DNA of 32,000 nt, taken from Mycobacterium tuberculosis H37Rv (GTDB lineage Bacteria > Actinomycetota > Actinomycetes > Mycobacteriales > Mycobacteriaceae). The stretch spans positions 420,001 through 452,000 of the forward strand of contig NC_000962.3 in the NCBI RefSeq assembly GCF_000195955.2. The letters run 5' to 3'. The notes below the pieces were generated by a model. The model saw only the letters and a list, made by a program, of their open reading frames with translations, did not search any database and had not been told where the DNA came from. Position numbers and translations under genes: made by a program. Below, in pieces: positions 10,701-21,264 of this stretch. Position 1 is the first letter of the stretch, and the number at the start of each line of letters is the position of its first letter.

Positions 10701-13700
10701 GCGGGAGAACGGCCTTGCTGATTGCACCGGCCAGCAGGGGGATCCCTGCGATGTCGATGGTGAAACCGAAGTTGATTTGCTCAAGCGTTATGCCGCTGTA
10801 GACGGTGTTGGTGAAGCTGGCGGTGATGGGGATGTTGACGGGAACTTCCACGGTGACGTGTGCGGGTATTTCGGGAACATGGACCCGATAGCCCGCGCTG
10901 AATAGGCCCTGCTGGTCGCCGCGCCAGAAGGCGCCGTTGCCCATGTCGCCGGTGATGAAAGCCCCGGTGGCGATATCACCCTGGTTGGCAAAGCCCGTAC
11001 TGAAATTGCCGGTGTTGTAGAAGCCCGTGTTGAAGTCGCCCAGGTTGGCGATGCCGGTGTTGGTGTCGCCGGTGTTGTACCAGCCGGTGTTGTAGCTGCC
11101 CGCGTTGGCGACACCGGTGTTGACGATGCCGGTGTTGAAGAAGCCCGTGTTAGTGCTGCCGGTGTTGCCGATGCCGGTGTTGCCGCTGCCGGAGTTGCCG
11201 ATACCCCAGTTGCCGGTGCCCGAGTTGCCGATGCCGACGTTGTTGGTGCCGGAGTTGAACAAGCCGATGTTCGCGGTGCCTGAGTTCCAGCCGCCAGCAA
11301 AATTGAAGCCCTGCTGGTTGTCGCCGGACAGCCCGATGCCGATGTTGTTGTTGCCGGTGTTGGCAAATCCGATGTTGTTGTTGCCGGTGTTGGCAAAGCC
11401 TTGGTTGAAATCGCCGGCGTTGCCGAAGCCGATGTTGTAGTTACCCAGGTTCGCGAAACCGATGTTGTAGTTACCCAGGTTCGCCGGACCGATATTGTAT
11501 GAGCCCTGGTTTCCGGAGAAGACGTTGAAGCTGCCGACGTTTCCGCTGCCCAGGTTGAAGTCGCCGAGATTTGCGCTGCCGATGTTCAACTGGCCCAGGT
11601 TGGCAAGGCCCGCGTTGAAGATCGTCCCGGTCGGACCGCGGAACACGCCGGACAGGTTGGTGCCGATGTTGTTCAGGCCCGAGACATTGGCCGGCGTGGA
11701 GAGGTTCACCGTACTGGTGTTGAAAAAGCCCGATACGGAGTTGCCCAGGTTCGCCCAGCCTGACTGCAGCGAGCCGAGGTTCTGGAAACCCGAATTCCCT
11801 ATCGCGCTGCTCAAACCACTGTTCCAGACGCCTGAACTGCCGCCGCCGACGTTTTGGAAGCCAGATGTGCCACCGGTGCCCGAGTTGAAGAAGCCGGACG
11901 AGGGGTTGGTGGTCGAATTTCCGATGCCCGGCGCCGGATCGATCTTGAGGAAGGTAATCGTGCGGCTCTCCAGAGCACCGACAATGCTGATGGGGACGGT
12001 CACCGTCGGTCCGCCGATGGTGAGGGTGATCGTCGGAACGGTCAGCGTGGATGCGCTGAGATTGACCGGGCCGAAGAAGAACAAACCGCTCAGATAGAAG
12101 GTTTGGGGGAAAACGGTCGAGGCCTCGGTGACCGTGATCATGTTGCCGCCGAAGGTCATTACGTTGTGTACGTCAATGACCATCTGCTCGTTTATGGGGA
12201 TGAATGGAGTGGTGACCGAGAGATCGATGGCAATCTGGCCCTGGTTATCGCCCGCCACCAAGAAGCCATTGTTGAAGTCGCCCGTGTCGAAAGCGCCGGT
12301 ATTGACGTTGCCGGGATTGAAGAAGCCGGTGTTGGTGTCACCCGGGTTATAGCTGCCGGTATTGGTGTCACCCACGTTGAAGTTGCCGGTGTTGGTGTTA
12401 CCGACGTTGAAGCCGCCGGTGTTGTAGCTGCCCGTGTTGTAGAAGCCCGTGTTGAAGTCGCCGGCGTTGAGGATGCCCGTGTTGTAGCTGCCAGCATTGA
12501 GGATGCCGGTATTGTCGGTACCCGGGTTCCCGATACCCCAGTTCCCGGTGCCCGAGTTTGCGATGCCGACGTTTCCGGTGCCCGCGTTGAAGATGCCAAC
12601 GTTATTGGTGCCCGAATTGAACAGGCCGCTGTTGCCGGTGCCCGAGTTCCAGCCGCTAGCAATATTGAAGCCCTGCTGGTTGTCGCCGGACAGCCCGATG
12701 CCGATGTTGTTGTTGCCGGTGTTGGCGAACCCGATGTTGTTGTTGCCGGTGTTGGCAAAGCCTTGGTTGAAGTCGCCCGCGTTCCCGAAGCCGACGTTGT
12801 AGTCGCCGACGTTTCCAAAACCGATGTTGTAGATCCCGAGGTTTCCGGATCCGATGTTGTAGTTTCCCAGGCTTCCGGAACCGACATTGAATACTCCGAT
12901 GTTTCCACTGCCGATATTGAAGCTGCCGACGTTGCCGCTGCCCAAGATGTTTTGGCTGCCGAGGTTGCCGCTGCCAAGGATGTTGAAGTCACCGACGTTT
13001 CCGCTGCCGAGAATGTTGTAATTGCCGATGTTGGCGTTGCCGAGAATGTTCACGACGCCCCGGTTTGCCAGGCCGAGATTGAAGACCGGTGGGCCACCGA
13101 AAAATCCCGACATGTTGCTTCCGGTGTTGAAGAAGCCCGAGATCAAGGCCGGCGTTGTGATGGCCACCAGGCTCATGTTGAACAAACCCGATACGGTGTT
13201 GCCCGAGTTGATCACGCCCGATACCAGCACGCCCGCGTTTGCCAGGCCGGAGTTACCGATGGCCCCCGACGAAGAGTTGAAGAAGCCAGAATTGTTGGCA
13301 CCGGAGTTCAGGAAGCCGGACGCGCTACCGGCACCGCTGTTGAAGAATCCCGACGACGGCGCACTGGTCGAGTTGAAGAAGCCGGGGCTCCCGAAAATCA
13401 GGCCTTGGTGGTCGCCGCGCCACAAGAAGCCGTTGTTGAAGTTGCCAGTAATGAAGGCGCCGGTGTTGACATTGCCGGAGTTTGCCAAGCCGGTGTTGTA
13501 GTTGCCGCTGTTCAGGTAGCCCGTGTTGTACTGGCCCATGTTGAAGCCGCCGGTATTGCTGTTGCCCGGGTTGTAGCTACCGGTGTTGTAGTTGCCGGCG
13601 TTGCCGACGCCGGTGTTGGCTATTCCGGAGTTGAAGAAGCCCGTGTTGGCGTCGCCGGAGTTGCCAAAACCGGTGTTGTAGCTGTTGCCCGAGTTGCCAA

Positions 13701-14679
13701 TGCCCCAGTTCCCGGTACCCGAGTTGCCGATGCCGACGTTTCCGGTGCCCGAGTTGAACAGACCGATGTTGCCGGTGCCCGAGTTCAGGCCGCCGAACCC
13801 CAACAAACCGCTACCCGTGAGCCCGATACCTCGGTTGCCGTCTCCGGTATTGCCGAAGCCGATGTTGTTGCTGCCGGTGTTGCCAAACCCGATGTTGTTG
13901 CTGCCGGTGTTGCCGAAACCGATGTTGTTCAGCGCTGCGGTCAACCCAGGACCCACGTTGCCAAACCCGATGTTGGAGCTGCCGATGTTGCCGCTGCCGA
14001 TGTTGCCGTTGCCGATGTTGGCCGAGCCGAGATTGAAGTTCCCGACATTACCGTTGCCGACGTTGCCCTCGCCGACGTTCGCCAAGCCCAGGTTGCGGAA
14101 GACCCGCGTGGTCACCTGAGCCGCGGCCGCGCTGACCAGCGCACCGCCGCCCGCCACGGTCGGCAGCGCCTGGCCGAACGGTGTCAACGCCGAGACGGCC
14201 GCCGAAGCCCCGGCATGGTAGCCAAACATCGCCGCCACGTCCTGGGCCCACATCTGCTCGTAGGCGGCCTCGGTGGCCGCGATCGCCGGGGCGTTTTGGC
14301 CCAGCAGGTTCGAGACCACCAGCGACACGAACAGTGCCCGGTTGGCCGAGATGATCGCCGGATGTACCGTCGCCGCCAGGGCTGCCTCGAAGGCGGCCGC
14401 CGCCAGCCGGGTTTGGGTGGCCGCCTGCTGGGCCTGCGCCGCCGCCGCGCTCAACCAGCCCAGATAGGGGGCGGCCGCTCCCGTCATCGCCGTCGACGCC
14501 GCGCCCAGCCACGAGGAACCTGCCAGCCCCGCCGTCACCGCCGAAAACGAGGCCGCGGCCGAACCCAATTCGTCGGCCAGTCCATCCCAAGCGGCCGCCG
14601 CGTCCAGCATCGGCGCCAACCCGGCACCCACGTACAGGCGCGCCGAATTGATCTCCGGGGGCAGCACCGCGAAGCTCAT
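4777..14679 (-). CDS. PPE8: PPE8: giant PPE family protein of the MPTR subclass (3300 aa)
   Basis: It is a single 9.9-kb ORF. The N-terminus [20 protein letters not shown]... is a canonical PPE domain. The rest is NxGxGNxG-type MPTR pentapeptide repeats organised in larger modules. An AGGGA SD-like element lies ~7 nt upstream of the ATG. Confidence 0.97.
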   Translation of the reverse strand: MSFAVLPPEINSARLYVGAGLAPMLDAAAAWDGLADELGSAAASFSAVTAGLAGSSWLGAASTAMTGAAAPYLGWLSAAAAQAQQAATQTRLAAAAFEAALAATVHPAIISANRALFVSLVVSNLLGQNAPAIAATEAAYEQMWAQDVAAMFGYHAGASAAVSALTPFGQALPTVAGGGALVSAAAAQVTTRVFRNLGLANVGEGNVGNGNVGNFNLGSANIGNGNIGSGNIGSSNIGFGNVGPGLTAALNNIGFGNTGSNNIGFGNTGSNNIGFGNTGDGNRGIGLTGSGLLGFGGLNSGTGNIGLFNSGTGNVGIGNSGTGNWGIGNSGNSYNTGFGNSGDANTGFFNSGIANTGVGNAGNYNTGSYNPGNSNTGGFNMGQYNTGYLNSGNYNTGLANSGNVNTGAFITGNFNNGFLWRGDHQGLIFGSPGFFNSTSAPSSGFFNSGAGSASGFLNSGANNSGFFNSSSGAIGNSGLANAGVLVSGVINSGNTVSGLFNMSLVAITTPALISGFFNTGSNMSGFFGGPPVFNLGLANRGVVNILGNANIGNYNILGSGNVGDFNILGSGNLGSQNILGSGNVGSFNIGSGNIGVFNVGSGSLGNYNIGSGNLGIYNIGFGNVGDYNVGFGNAGDFNQGFANTGNNNIGFANTGNNNIGIGLSGDNQQGFNIASGWNSGTGNSGLFNSGTNNVGIFNAGTGNVGIANSGTGNWGIGNPGTDNTGILNAGSYNTGILNAGDFNTGFYNTGSYNTGGFNVGNTNTGNFNVGDTNTGSYNPGDTNTGFFNPGNVNTGAFDTGDFNNGFLVAGDNQGQIAIDLSVTTPFIPINEQMVIDVHNVMTFGGNMITVTEASTVFPQTFYLSGLFFFGPVNLSASTLTVPTITLTIGGPTVTVPISIVGALESRTITFLKIDPAPGIGNSTTNPSSGFFNSGTGGTSGFQNVGGGSSGVWNSGLSSAIGNSGFQNLGSLQSGWANLGNSVSGFFNTSTVNLSTPANVSGLNNIGTNLSGVFRGPTGTIFNAGLANLGQLNIGSANLGDFNLGSGNVGSFNVFSGNQGSYNIGPANLGNYNIGFANLGNYNIGFGNAGDFNQGFANTGNNNIGFANTGNNNIGIGLSGDNQQGFNFAGGWNSGTANIGLFNSGTNNVGIGNSGTGNWGIGNSGSGNTGIGNTGSTNTGFFNTGIVNTGVANAGSYNTGWYNTGDTNTGIANLGDFNTGFYNTGNFSTGFANQGDIATGAFITGDMGNGAFWRGDQQGLFSAGYRVHVPEIPAHVTVEVPVNIPITASFTNTVYSGITLEQINFGFTIDIAGIPLLAGAISKAVLPPITGTGPAITVNIGDPGGSTAIRIPATASVGPFDVTFVNIAATTGFFNATTDPSSGFFNGGPGTVSGIANIGANISGFQNVANSATSGFNNYGSLQSGLANLGDTVSGVFNTGIGAPANVSGMFNIGSNLAGFFHDQATGMSMFNLGLGNIGQFNVGFSNVGDSNAGLANIGSFNLGSGNLGSFNVFGGNQGSYNIGPANLGNYNIGLGNLGSYNFGFGNAGDFNLGFANTGNNNIGFANTGNNNIGIGLSGDNQQGFNFAGGWNSGSGNSGLFNSGTNNIGLFNSGTGNIGIGNSGTGNWGIANTGDTNTGIFNTGDVNTGLLNAGNVNTGIFNTGHYNTGSFNAGSFNTAGFNPGSYNTGYLNTGSYNTGLANSGDVNTGGFITGNYSNGFWWRGDYQGLAGISQTITVPDTAVPVKLHVPIFLDIPVTGTLGTFTVHGFRFPEITGDIFLIGIPFNAATLDAFSFPNISIVLPNIGINLGSGPDPLIDIAGTGGLLPIKIPLIDIPAAPGFGNSTTTPSSGFFNAGTGTVSGVGNVGSNSSGFFNLTSGSSGISGVQNFGELISGGFNFGNTVSGLVNASTLGLSMPANLSGGGNVGATVAGFVNNTQILNLGFGNVGSGNVGHGNIGDSNVGLGNLGNANVGHGNIGSFNVFSGNRGSYNIGPANLGNYNIGLGNLGSYNFGFGNAGDFNLGFANSGSNNIGFANTGNNNIGIGLSGHNQQGFGSWNSGTANTGLFNSGTNNIGLFNSGTGNIGIGNSGIGNTGIGNPGVGNTGLGNSGTGNWGLWNPGTGNMGVANVGTYNTGGYNVGSTNTGIANVGIANTGSYNTGSTNTGSFNDGDFNTGFYNTGDYNTGFYNTGDVNTGAFIGGNFSNGAFWQSDHQGQWGAHYAITVPQIPLLNFSLNIPVNIPIHLDFGTLAVNGFQIPAITLRALGVTHFSVGPIIVPRIAGTLPVIDINIGDPGGSSSIPITITSGAGPVVIPLLDIPPAPGFGNSTTGPSSGFFNSGTGSSSGFGNVGANNSGFWNTAFAGIGNSGLQNFGSLQSGWANLGNTVSGFYNTSAADFATPANLSGLSNVGADLTGVLRGPNGSTFNAGLANLGQFNVGSANLGSANLGSANLGSANLGNSNVGFGNIGNANIGGANIGDFNVGIANTGPGLTAAVNNIGIGNTGNYNIGVGNTGNYNIGFGNTGNNNIGIGLSGDNQIGFGPLNAGIANMGLFNLGDNNFGMANAGNFNQGIANTGNNNIGLFNTGNNNVGIGLTGDGLSGFSSLNSGAGNTGFFNSGTANTGLFNSGTGNTGLFNSGTGNVGIGNMGTGGFGVGLSGDSQVGIGGTNSGSFNIGLFNSGTGNVGIGNSGTGNVGIGNTGTGNTGIGNSGNYNTGLLNAGLVNTGIANPGNHNTGLFNIGTFNTGIANPGHYNTGSYNTGSYNTGMANAGDYGTGAFITGSMNNGLLWRADRQGLLAANYTITIERPAAFLNVDIPVNIPITGDITNVSIPAITFPRIDASGSVDIGILSGTVLAPVGPITLHGGDASAPLDTPIEIDFGPSPAINLNIGKPDGSTVINIVGGAGAGPISIPIIDLRPAPGFFNATTGPSSGFLNWGAGSASGLLNFGNNSGLYNFATSSMGNSGFQNYGSLQSGWANLGNSISGIYNTGLGAPANVSGLLNIGTNLAGWLQNGPTETTFSVGLANLGFWNLGSANIGNYNLGSANIGVYNLGSANIGDFNLGSANIGDFNLGSANIGSSNIGFGNVGPGLTAAIGNIGFGNTGNGNIGIGNTGTGNIGFGNTGNGNIGIGLTGDTMTGFGGWNSGTGNIGLFNSGTGNIGFGNSGTGNWGIGNSGDYNTGIGNTGSTNSGFFNTGLVNTGIGNSGDYNTGLFNAGNTNTGSFNPGDYNTGGFNPGNYNTGYFNPGNSNTGIANSGDVNTGAFNSGNYSNGFFWRGDYQGLGGFAYQSAVSEIPWSYDRFQH
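5452..5601. repeat. In-frame 30-bp tandem repeat inside PPE8 (4 good copies, the first 2 identical, plus 1 degenerate copy)
   Basis: The unit gccgatgttggcgctgcccaggttgaagtc occurs at 5452 and 5482 (identical), with variants at 5512, 5542 and 5572. It encodes the reiterated GSANIG(D/V/N)(F/Y)NL. Confidence 0.9.
7313..7372. repeat. Perfect in-frame 15-bp x 4 tandem repeat inside PPE8
   Basis: The unit ccgaggtttgcactg is repeated 4 times without mismatch. It encodes (GSANL)x4. Confidence 0.93.
8541..8760. repeat. Dispersed ~220-bp intragenic PPE8 repeat, copy A
   Basis: Aligned by eye to copy B (9947-10166), there are about 9 mismatches over ~220 nt. It encodes [62 protein letters not shown]. 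Confidence 0.85.
9947..10166. repeat. Dispersed ~220-bp intragenic PPE8 repeat, copy B
   Basis: It is near-identical to copy A and is offset by ~1.4 kb, which is one supermodule. Confidence 0.85.
11327..11546. repeat. Dispersed ~220-bp intragenic PPE8 repeat, copy C (more diverged)
   Basis: It has the same core cggacagcccgat.ccgatgttgttgttgccggtgttggcaaa.ccgatgttgttgttgccggtgttggc..., with more substitutions in its second half. Confidence 0.75.
12677..12810. repeat. Dispersed intragenic PPE8 repeat, copy D (only the first ~130 bp are conserved)
   Basis: It shares the [12 protein letters not shown] / [14 protein letters not shown]-coding core with copies A-C and then diverges. Confidence 0.65.
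14140..14679 (-). other. N-terminal PPE domain of PPE8 (~180 aa; the only non-repetitive, Ala-rich helical part)
   Basis: The sequence [11 protein letters not shown]...[11 protein letters not shown]...APYLGWL...[19 protein letters not shown] is the hallmark PPE domain. The repeat tract starts after ...[10 protein letters not shown]. Confidence 0.9.
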
Positions 14680-14829
14680 CTAGCGTCCCTAACCGGAACC
14701 GCTGACCACCACCGCGTGGTGGGTGGAGCCAAACGTCCCGTTCCGCGCTTGGGTGTCTTGACAGTGACGATTATTCAACAGACGCCTGACGCAGGTTTGG
14801 CTTTGGAGTGTCGAGACAGAAAATCTCAG

Positions 14830-16805
<1,976 letters not shown>

Positions 16806-16859
16806 TTATTGTGGTCCAGCCGGTGACCTACCCTACCCAGCAGGTTGCGAGGAGCTGTC

Positions 16860-17507
16860 ATGTATACGGCCGAGAACGCACCCGGCGTCGCGGTGTTGCT
16901 CTCCGGTGATGCCGACGTGCCCGGCCCGTTGACCGGCTTGCCTACCCATCAAGACAACCTGGACACCGTCATCGGACGGTATTCGCGGCTCATCGTCGTC
17001 GGCGCCGACGCGGACCTGGGGGCGGTACTGACTCGGCTGTTGCGCACCGACCGGCTCGACGTCGAGGTGGGTTATGTGCCGCGCCGGCGCAGCCCCGCGA
17101 CCCGGGCCTACCGCTTGCCGGCCGGGCGCCGGGCGGCGCGGCGCGCCCGGTGTGGCGTCGCTCGGCGGGTGCCGCTAATCCGTGACGAGACCGGGTCGGT
17201 AATCGTCGGCCGAGCACAGTGGCTGCCGGCCGAAGAGCAGGCCCTGATCCACGGCGAGGCGGTCGTTGACGACACCGTGCTGTTCGATGGCGATGTGGCC
17301 GGGGTGTGCATCGAGCCGACGCTGACCCTGCCAGGCCTGCGAGCTGCGGTAGACGGCGCCGGAAAGTGGCGGCGGTGGATCGGCGGGCGCGCCGCGCAGC
17401 TAGGCACCACCGGTGCTGCGGTACTTCGGGACGGTGTCGCGGCGCCCCGCCCGGTGCGCCGATCGACGTTTTACCGCAACGTCGAGGGTTGGCTGCTGGT
17501 CCGGTAG
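16860..17507 (+). CDS. Conserved hypothetical protein, Arg-rich (Rv0358-like, 215 aa)
   Basis: ATG 16860 is preceded by GAGGAG 6 nt upstream. The third-position GC bias is typical of mycobacterial coding sequence. I recognise no motif. Confidence 0.7.
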   Translation: MYTAENAPGVAVLLSGDADVPGPLTGLPTHQDNLDTVIGRYSRLIVVGADADLGAVLTRLLRTDRLDVEVGYVPRRRSPATRAYRLPAGRRAARRARCGVARRVPLIRDETGSVIVGRAQWLPAEEQALIHGEAVVDDTVLFDGDVAGVCIEPTLTLPGLRAAVDGAGKWRRWIGGRAAQLGTTGAAVLRDGVAAPRPVRRSTFYRNVEGWLLVR

Positions 17508-17517
17508 TTTTCGACCG

Positions 17518-18297
17518 GTGAGCGAGACGGGCCAGCGCGAGTCGGTGCGACCCAGCCCGATCTTTCTGGGCCTGCTCGGATTGACGGCCGTCGGGGGCGC
17601 GCTGGCCTGGCTGGCCGGGGAGACGGTGCAGCCGCTGGCCTACGCCGGGGTGTTCGTCATGGTGATCGCCGGCTGGCTGGTGTCGCTGTGCCTGCACGAG
17701 TTCGGTCACGCGTTCACCGCTTGGCGTTTCGGTGACCACGACGTCGCAGTGCGCGGCTACCTGACGCTGGATCCCCGCCGCTACAGCCATCCCATGCTCT
17801 CGCTCGGTCTGCCGATGCTGTTCATCGCCCTGGGCGGGATCGGTCTGCCGGGTGCCGCGGTGTATGTGCACACCTGGTTCATGACGACGGCGCGCCGCAC
17901 CCTGGTCAGTTTGGCGGGGCCGACGGTCAACCTGGCGCTGGCCATGTTGCTGCTGGCGGCGACCCGGTTGTTGTTCGACCCGATCCACGCGGTGTTATGG
18001 GCCGGGGTGGCGTTCCTAGCATTCCTTCAGCTCACCGCGCTGGTGTTAAACCTGCTACCCATCCCGGGTCTGGACGGCTATGCGGCCCTGGAGCCGCACC
18101 TGAGACCCGAGACGCAGCGCGCCCTGGCGCCGGCCAAGCAGTTCGCTTTGGTGTTTCTGCTGGTCCTGTTCCTGGCGCCGACGCTGAACGGGTGGTTTTT
18201 CGGGGTGGTGTACTGGCTCTTCGACCTGTCTGGCGTGTCGCACCGGCTGGCCGCCGCGGGCAGCGTGCTGGCCCGTTTCTGGAGTATCTGGTTCTGA
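17518..18297 (+). CDS. Polytopic membrane zinc metalloprotease, M50 / site-2-protease-like (Rv0359-like, 259 aa)
   Basis: It has an HExxH in a TM helix (LCLHEFGHAF) plus the second S2P motif NLLPIPGLDGY, and several hydrophobic segments. GTG 17518 lies 10 nt after the preceding stop. The start is uncertain because the ORF is open back to 17413. Confidence 0.82.
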   Translation: MSETGQRESVRPSPIFLGLLGLTAVGGALAWLAGETVQPLAYAGVFVMVIAGWLVSLCLHEFGHAFTAWRFGDHDVAVRGYLTLDPRRYSHPMLSLGLPMLFIALGGIGLPGAAVYVHTWFMTTARRTLVSLAGPTVNLALAMLLLAATRLLFDPIHAVLWAGVAFLAFLQLTALVLNLLPIPGLDGYAALEPHLRPETQRALAPAKQFALVFLLVLFLAPTLNGWFFGVVYWLFDLSGVSHRLAAAGSVLARFWSIWF

Positions 18298-18301
18298 CCG
18301 T

Positions 18302-18739
18302 TCAGAGCCCAAGCGCCGGACGGGCCGCGGGGTCACAGTCGTCAAGCAGATCCAGGCAGCGTCCATACTCGTCGGTCTCGCCGATAGCGGCTGCGGCGCG
18401 CGCCAGCGCCGCCACACACCGTAGGAAACCCCGGTTGGGCTGGTGGGAATACGGCACCGGGCCGAAGCCCTTCCAGCCATGGCGGCGCAGCTGGTCCAGG
18501 CCGCGGTGGTACCCGGTACGCGCGTATGCGTAGGCCGTGACGGTCTTGTCGTCGGCCAGCGCCCCTTCGGCGAGCACCGCCCAGGCGACCGACGCCGACG
18601 GATGCGCGGCCGCGACGATGCTCGGACTTTCGTTGGCAAGCAGCTCCGCTTCGGCGTCGCTGTCGCCAGGCAACAGGATTGGCTCAGGTCCCAAGAGATC
18701 ACCCATCGACGTCATGGGAGTTATTGTGCGCTTGGTCAC
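18302..18739 (-). CDS. Conserved actinobacterial protein of unknown function (Rv0360c-like, DUF3151-like, 145 aa)
   Basis: The ORF has coding-like composition. The GTG 18739 start is preceded by GAGG. Alternative in-frame starts exist (ATG ~18715; upstream to 18913). Confidence 0.65.
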   Translation of the reverse strand: MTKRTITPMTSMGDLLGPEPILLPGDSDAEAELLANESPSIVAAAHPSASVAWAVLAEGALADDKTVTAYAYARTGYHRGLDQLRRHGWKGFGPVPYSHQPNRGFLRCVAALARAAAAIGETDEYGRCLDLLDDCDPAARPALGL

Positions 18740-18821
18740 GTCACCTCGACGATGGGGCCAACCGAAGGCTGGGTCGCTAAGCTCCAAAGAGCCACTCGAT
18801 ACCGGGAGGACAGCAGCACCC

Positions 18822-19649
18822 ATGTCCAACGCACCCGAGCCAGACCGCTCAGCCGGTGAATCCGGGAGCGAACCGGCCGGCGAGCGGTCCGCCGATCCTG
18901 GCGAGGAACGCACCGAAAGCTACCCCCTGGTGCCTCACGACGCCGAAACCGAGACCGTGGTGATCACCACCTCCGACAACGATGCCGCGGTTACGCAACC
19001 GGAAGCGCAGCGCGAACGCCGTTTCACCGCGCCCGGCTTCGACGCCAAGGAGACCCAGGTGATCGTCACGGCCCACGAGGCAGCCACCGAGGTTTTCCAA
19101 ACCAACCAGGCGCCGACCACCCCGCCGCGGATGCCAACCGGAATGCCCCCGAAAACTGCTGTGCCACAATCAATCCCGCCACGGACGGAGGCGACGTCAG
19201 TCCGGCAACGCACCTGGGGCTGGGCGCTGGCGGTGGTAGTGATCGTGCTGGCGTTGGCGGCAATCGCGATCCTGGGCACCGTGCTGCTGACCCGCGGCAA
19301 ACATTCGAAGATGTCGCAGGAAGATCAGGTGCGGCAGGCCATCCAGAGCTTGGACATCGCCATCCAGACCGGCGACCTGACCGCGCTGCGTTCCCTGACT
19401 TGTGGCTCCACCCGCGATGGCTACGTGGATTATGACGAGCGTGATTGGGCCGAAACCTATCGCCGGGTTTCGGCGGCCAAACAATATCCGGTCATCGCCA
19501 GCATCGACCAGGTCGTCGTCAACGGCGCGCACGCCGAGGCCAATGTCACCACTTTCATGGCGTTCGATCCCCAGGTCCGCTCGACCCGCAGCCTCGACCT
19601 ACAGTTTCGCGACGATCAGTGGAAGATCTGCCAGTCCTCCAGCAACTGA
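18822..19649 (+). CDS. Single-pass membrane protein with a Pro/Glu/Thr-rich N-terminal region and a small C-terminal globular domain (Rv0361-like, 275 aa)
   Basis: ATG 18822 has GGGAGGA 11 nt upstream. The TM segment is WGWALAVVVIVLALAAIAILGTVLLT. The 370-aa extended ORF would overlap the divergent gene. Confidence 0.72.
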   Translation: MSNAPEPDRSAGESGSEPAGERSADPGEERTESYPLVPHDAETETVVITTSDNDAAVTQPEAQRERRFTAPGFDAKETQVIVTAHEAATEVFQTNQAPTTPPRMPTGMPPKTAVPQSIPPRTEATSVRQRTWGWALAVVVIVLALAAIAILGTVLLTRGKHSKMSQEDQVRQAIQSLDIAIQTGDLTALRSLTCGSTRDGYVDYDERDWAETYRRVSAAKQYPVIASIDQVVVNGAHAEANVTTFMAFDPQVRSTRSLDLQFRDDQWKICQSSSN

Positions 19650-19870
19650 AGCCAGGATTGGCTGGTTTGCCCGCATTTTGGCCATTGGTCAGTGCTAGGA
19701 CCGGTCCGCATCACCGGCACGTCACCAGGACCGACTAGTCCGAACACCGAAACGAGCAACCGTAGCCGAAATGCGGCTGGATCCCGTCTGTGGCAATGTA
19801 CTGGCGGCCTGTTCCCGCAGAGACGGCGGCATAGCGTCTCGATCGTCAACGAGAGGCAGGTGATCGCCAG

Positions 19871-21253
19871 GTGAGCATCCGCCCCGCCGAGAACTCAACA
19901 CTCGACATCCGCCACGTCATCGGTATCGGCACCCCGAAAGCCGTCGATTTGTGGCTCGACGTCGTCACCGAGCTGCCGGATCGCGCCCGCGAACTCGGGT
20001 CGTTATCCAAAGCCGAACTCGGAAAGCTTGGCCCACTGCTCGACGGCACCAACGCCGTCGAGCTATTCGAGTCGATCGACGACAAGCTGGCCGCAGAGGC
20101 ACTGCACGCGATGGATCCGTCGCTGGCCGCCACCTTCCTCGAGGCCCTCGACTCCGACCACGCCGCCAACATCCTGCGCGAATTCAAGGAGCCCAAGCGG
20201 GAGGCGCTGCTGACGTTGCTACCGCTGGAGCGGGCGATGGTGCTGCGTGGCTTGTTGAGCTGGCCGGAGGACTGCGCCGCGGCCCACATGGTGCCCGAAA
20301 CGCTGACCGTACGCCCGAACATGACGGTGTCGCAGGCCGTCGCCAGCGTGCGGGAACGCGCCTCGGGCCTGCGCAGCGATGCACGAACCACCGCCTACGT
20401 CTATGTGACAGACGCCGACTCCCACCTGCTGGGTGTGATCGCCTTTCGCGCCCTGGTGCTGGCCAATCCCGAACAGCGAGTCCGTGAGCTGATGGGTGAC
20501 GACCTCATCGTCGTGTCGCCGTTGACTGACAAGGAGCTCGCGGCGCAGACAATCATGGGCCACAACCTGATGGCGGTTCCCGTCGTCGATGCCGACAACC
20601 GGCTACTGGGCATCATCGCCGAAGACGAAGCCATCGACATTGCCGAGGAGGAAGCAACCGAAGACGCCGAGCGCCAGGGTGGGTCGGCCCCGCTCGAGGT
20701 GCCCTACCTGCGGGCGTCGCCGTGGCTGCTATGGCGCAAGCGGGTCGTCTGGCTCCTGGTACTTTTTGCTGCCGAGGCCTACACCGGCAGCGTCCTGCGG
20801 GCGTTCTCCGACGAAATGGAGGCGGTGATAGCGCTCGCGTTCTTCATCCCACTGCTGATCGGCACCGGCGGCAACACCGGCACCCAGATCGCCACCACTC
20901 TGGTCCGCGCGATGGCCACCGGTCAGGTCCGGTTTCGCGATGTGCCTGCGGTGTTAGCCAAGGAGCTGTCAACCGGTGTGCTGGTCGGCCTCACTATGGC
21001 CGCCGCCGCGGTGGTGCGCGCCTGGACATTGGGCGTGGGCCCGCAGGTGACCCTGACGGTCGCGCTGACGGTGGCCGCCATCGTGGTGTGGTCGTCGCTG
21101 GTGGCTGCCGTCCTTCCGCCGCTGCTGAAGAAGTTGCGCATCGACCCGGCCATCGTTTCGGGGCCGATGATCGCCACCATCGTTGACGGCACGGGTCTGC
21201 TCATCTACTTCCTGGTCGCGCACCTGACGCTGACCGAGCTGCACGGCTTGTGA
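19871..21253 (+). CDS. mgtE: Magnesium transporter MgtE (460 aa)
   Basis: It has an MgtE N-domain, a tandem CBS region (...HLLGVIAFRALV... / ...NRLLGIIAEDEAIDI...) and a C-terminal 5-TM domain with PLLIGTGGNTGTQ. Confidence 0.95.
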   Translation: MSIRPAENSTLDIRHVIGIGTPKAVDLWLDVVTELPDRARELGSLSKAELGKLGPLLDGTNAVELFESIDDKLAAEALHAMDPSLAATFLEALDSDHAANILREFKEPKREALLTLLPLERAMVLRGLLSWPEDCAAAHMVPETLTVRPNMTVSQAVASVRERASGLRSDARTTAYVYVTDADSHLLGVIAFRALVLANPEQRVRELMGDDLIVVSPLTDKELAAQTIMGHNLMAVPVVDADNRLLGIIAEDEAIDIAEEEATEDAERQGGSAPLEVPYLRASPWLLWRKRVVWLLVLFAAEAYTGSVLRAFSDEMEAVIALAFFIPLLIGTGGNTGTQIATTLVRAMATGQVRFRDVPAVLAKELSTGVLVGLTMAAAAVVRAWTLGVGPQVTLTVALTVAAIVVWSSLVAAVLPPLLKKLRIDPAIVSGPMIATIVDGTGLLIYFLVAHLTLTELHGL

Positions 21254-21264
21254 GCGGCCCCGGT

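Noticed and set aside
4856-13422. RGD tripeptides (within WRGD at 13411, 10915, 9508 and 4856) as integrin-binding adhesion motifs.
   Set aside because: The RGD sits inside a conserved structural repeat motif whose variants (WQSD, WRAD, VAGD) lack RGD. That makes a specific integrin-binding function an over-interpretation from sequence alone.
4777-14139. A CRISPR-like or other non-coding periodic array in the 10-kb repetitive block.
   Set aside because: The periodicity is 15 nt (5 codons) within one uninterrupted ORF. There are no spacer/repeat alternation of CRISPR size, no leader and no cas genes in the window.
16990-17988. A 332-aa minus-strand ORF. Similar shadow ORFs were seen at 639..1571(-), 21292..22398(+), 22092..22943(-), 23296..24132(-) and 30851..31741(-).
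   Set aside because: All are antisense or alternative frames of confidently identified genes (dnaK, fba, DedA, GH76-like, coxL, Rv0358/0359-like). They have Arg/Pro/Gly-rich compositions and no recognisable motifs.
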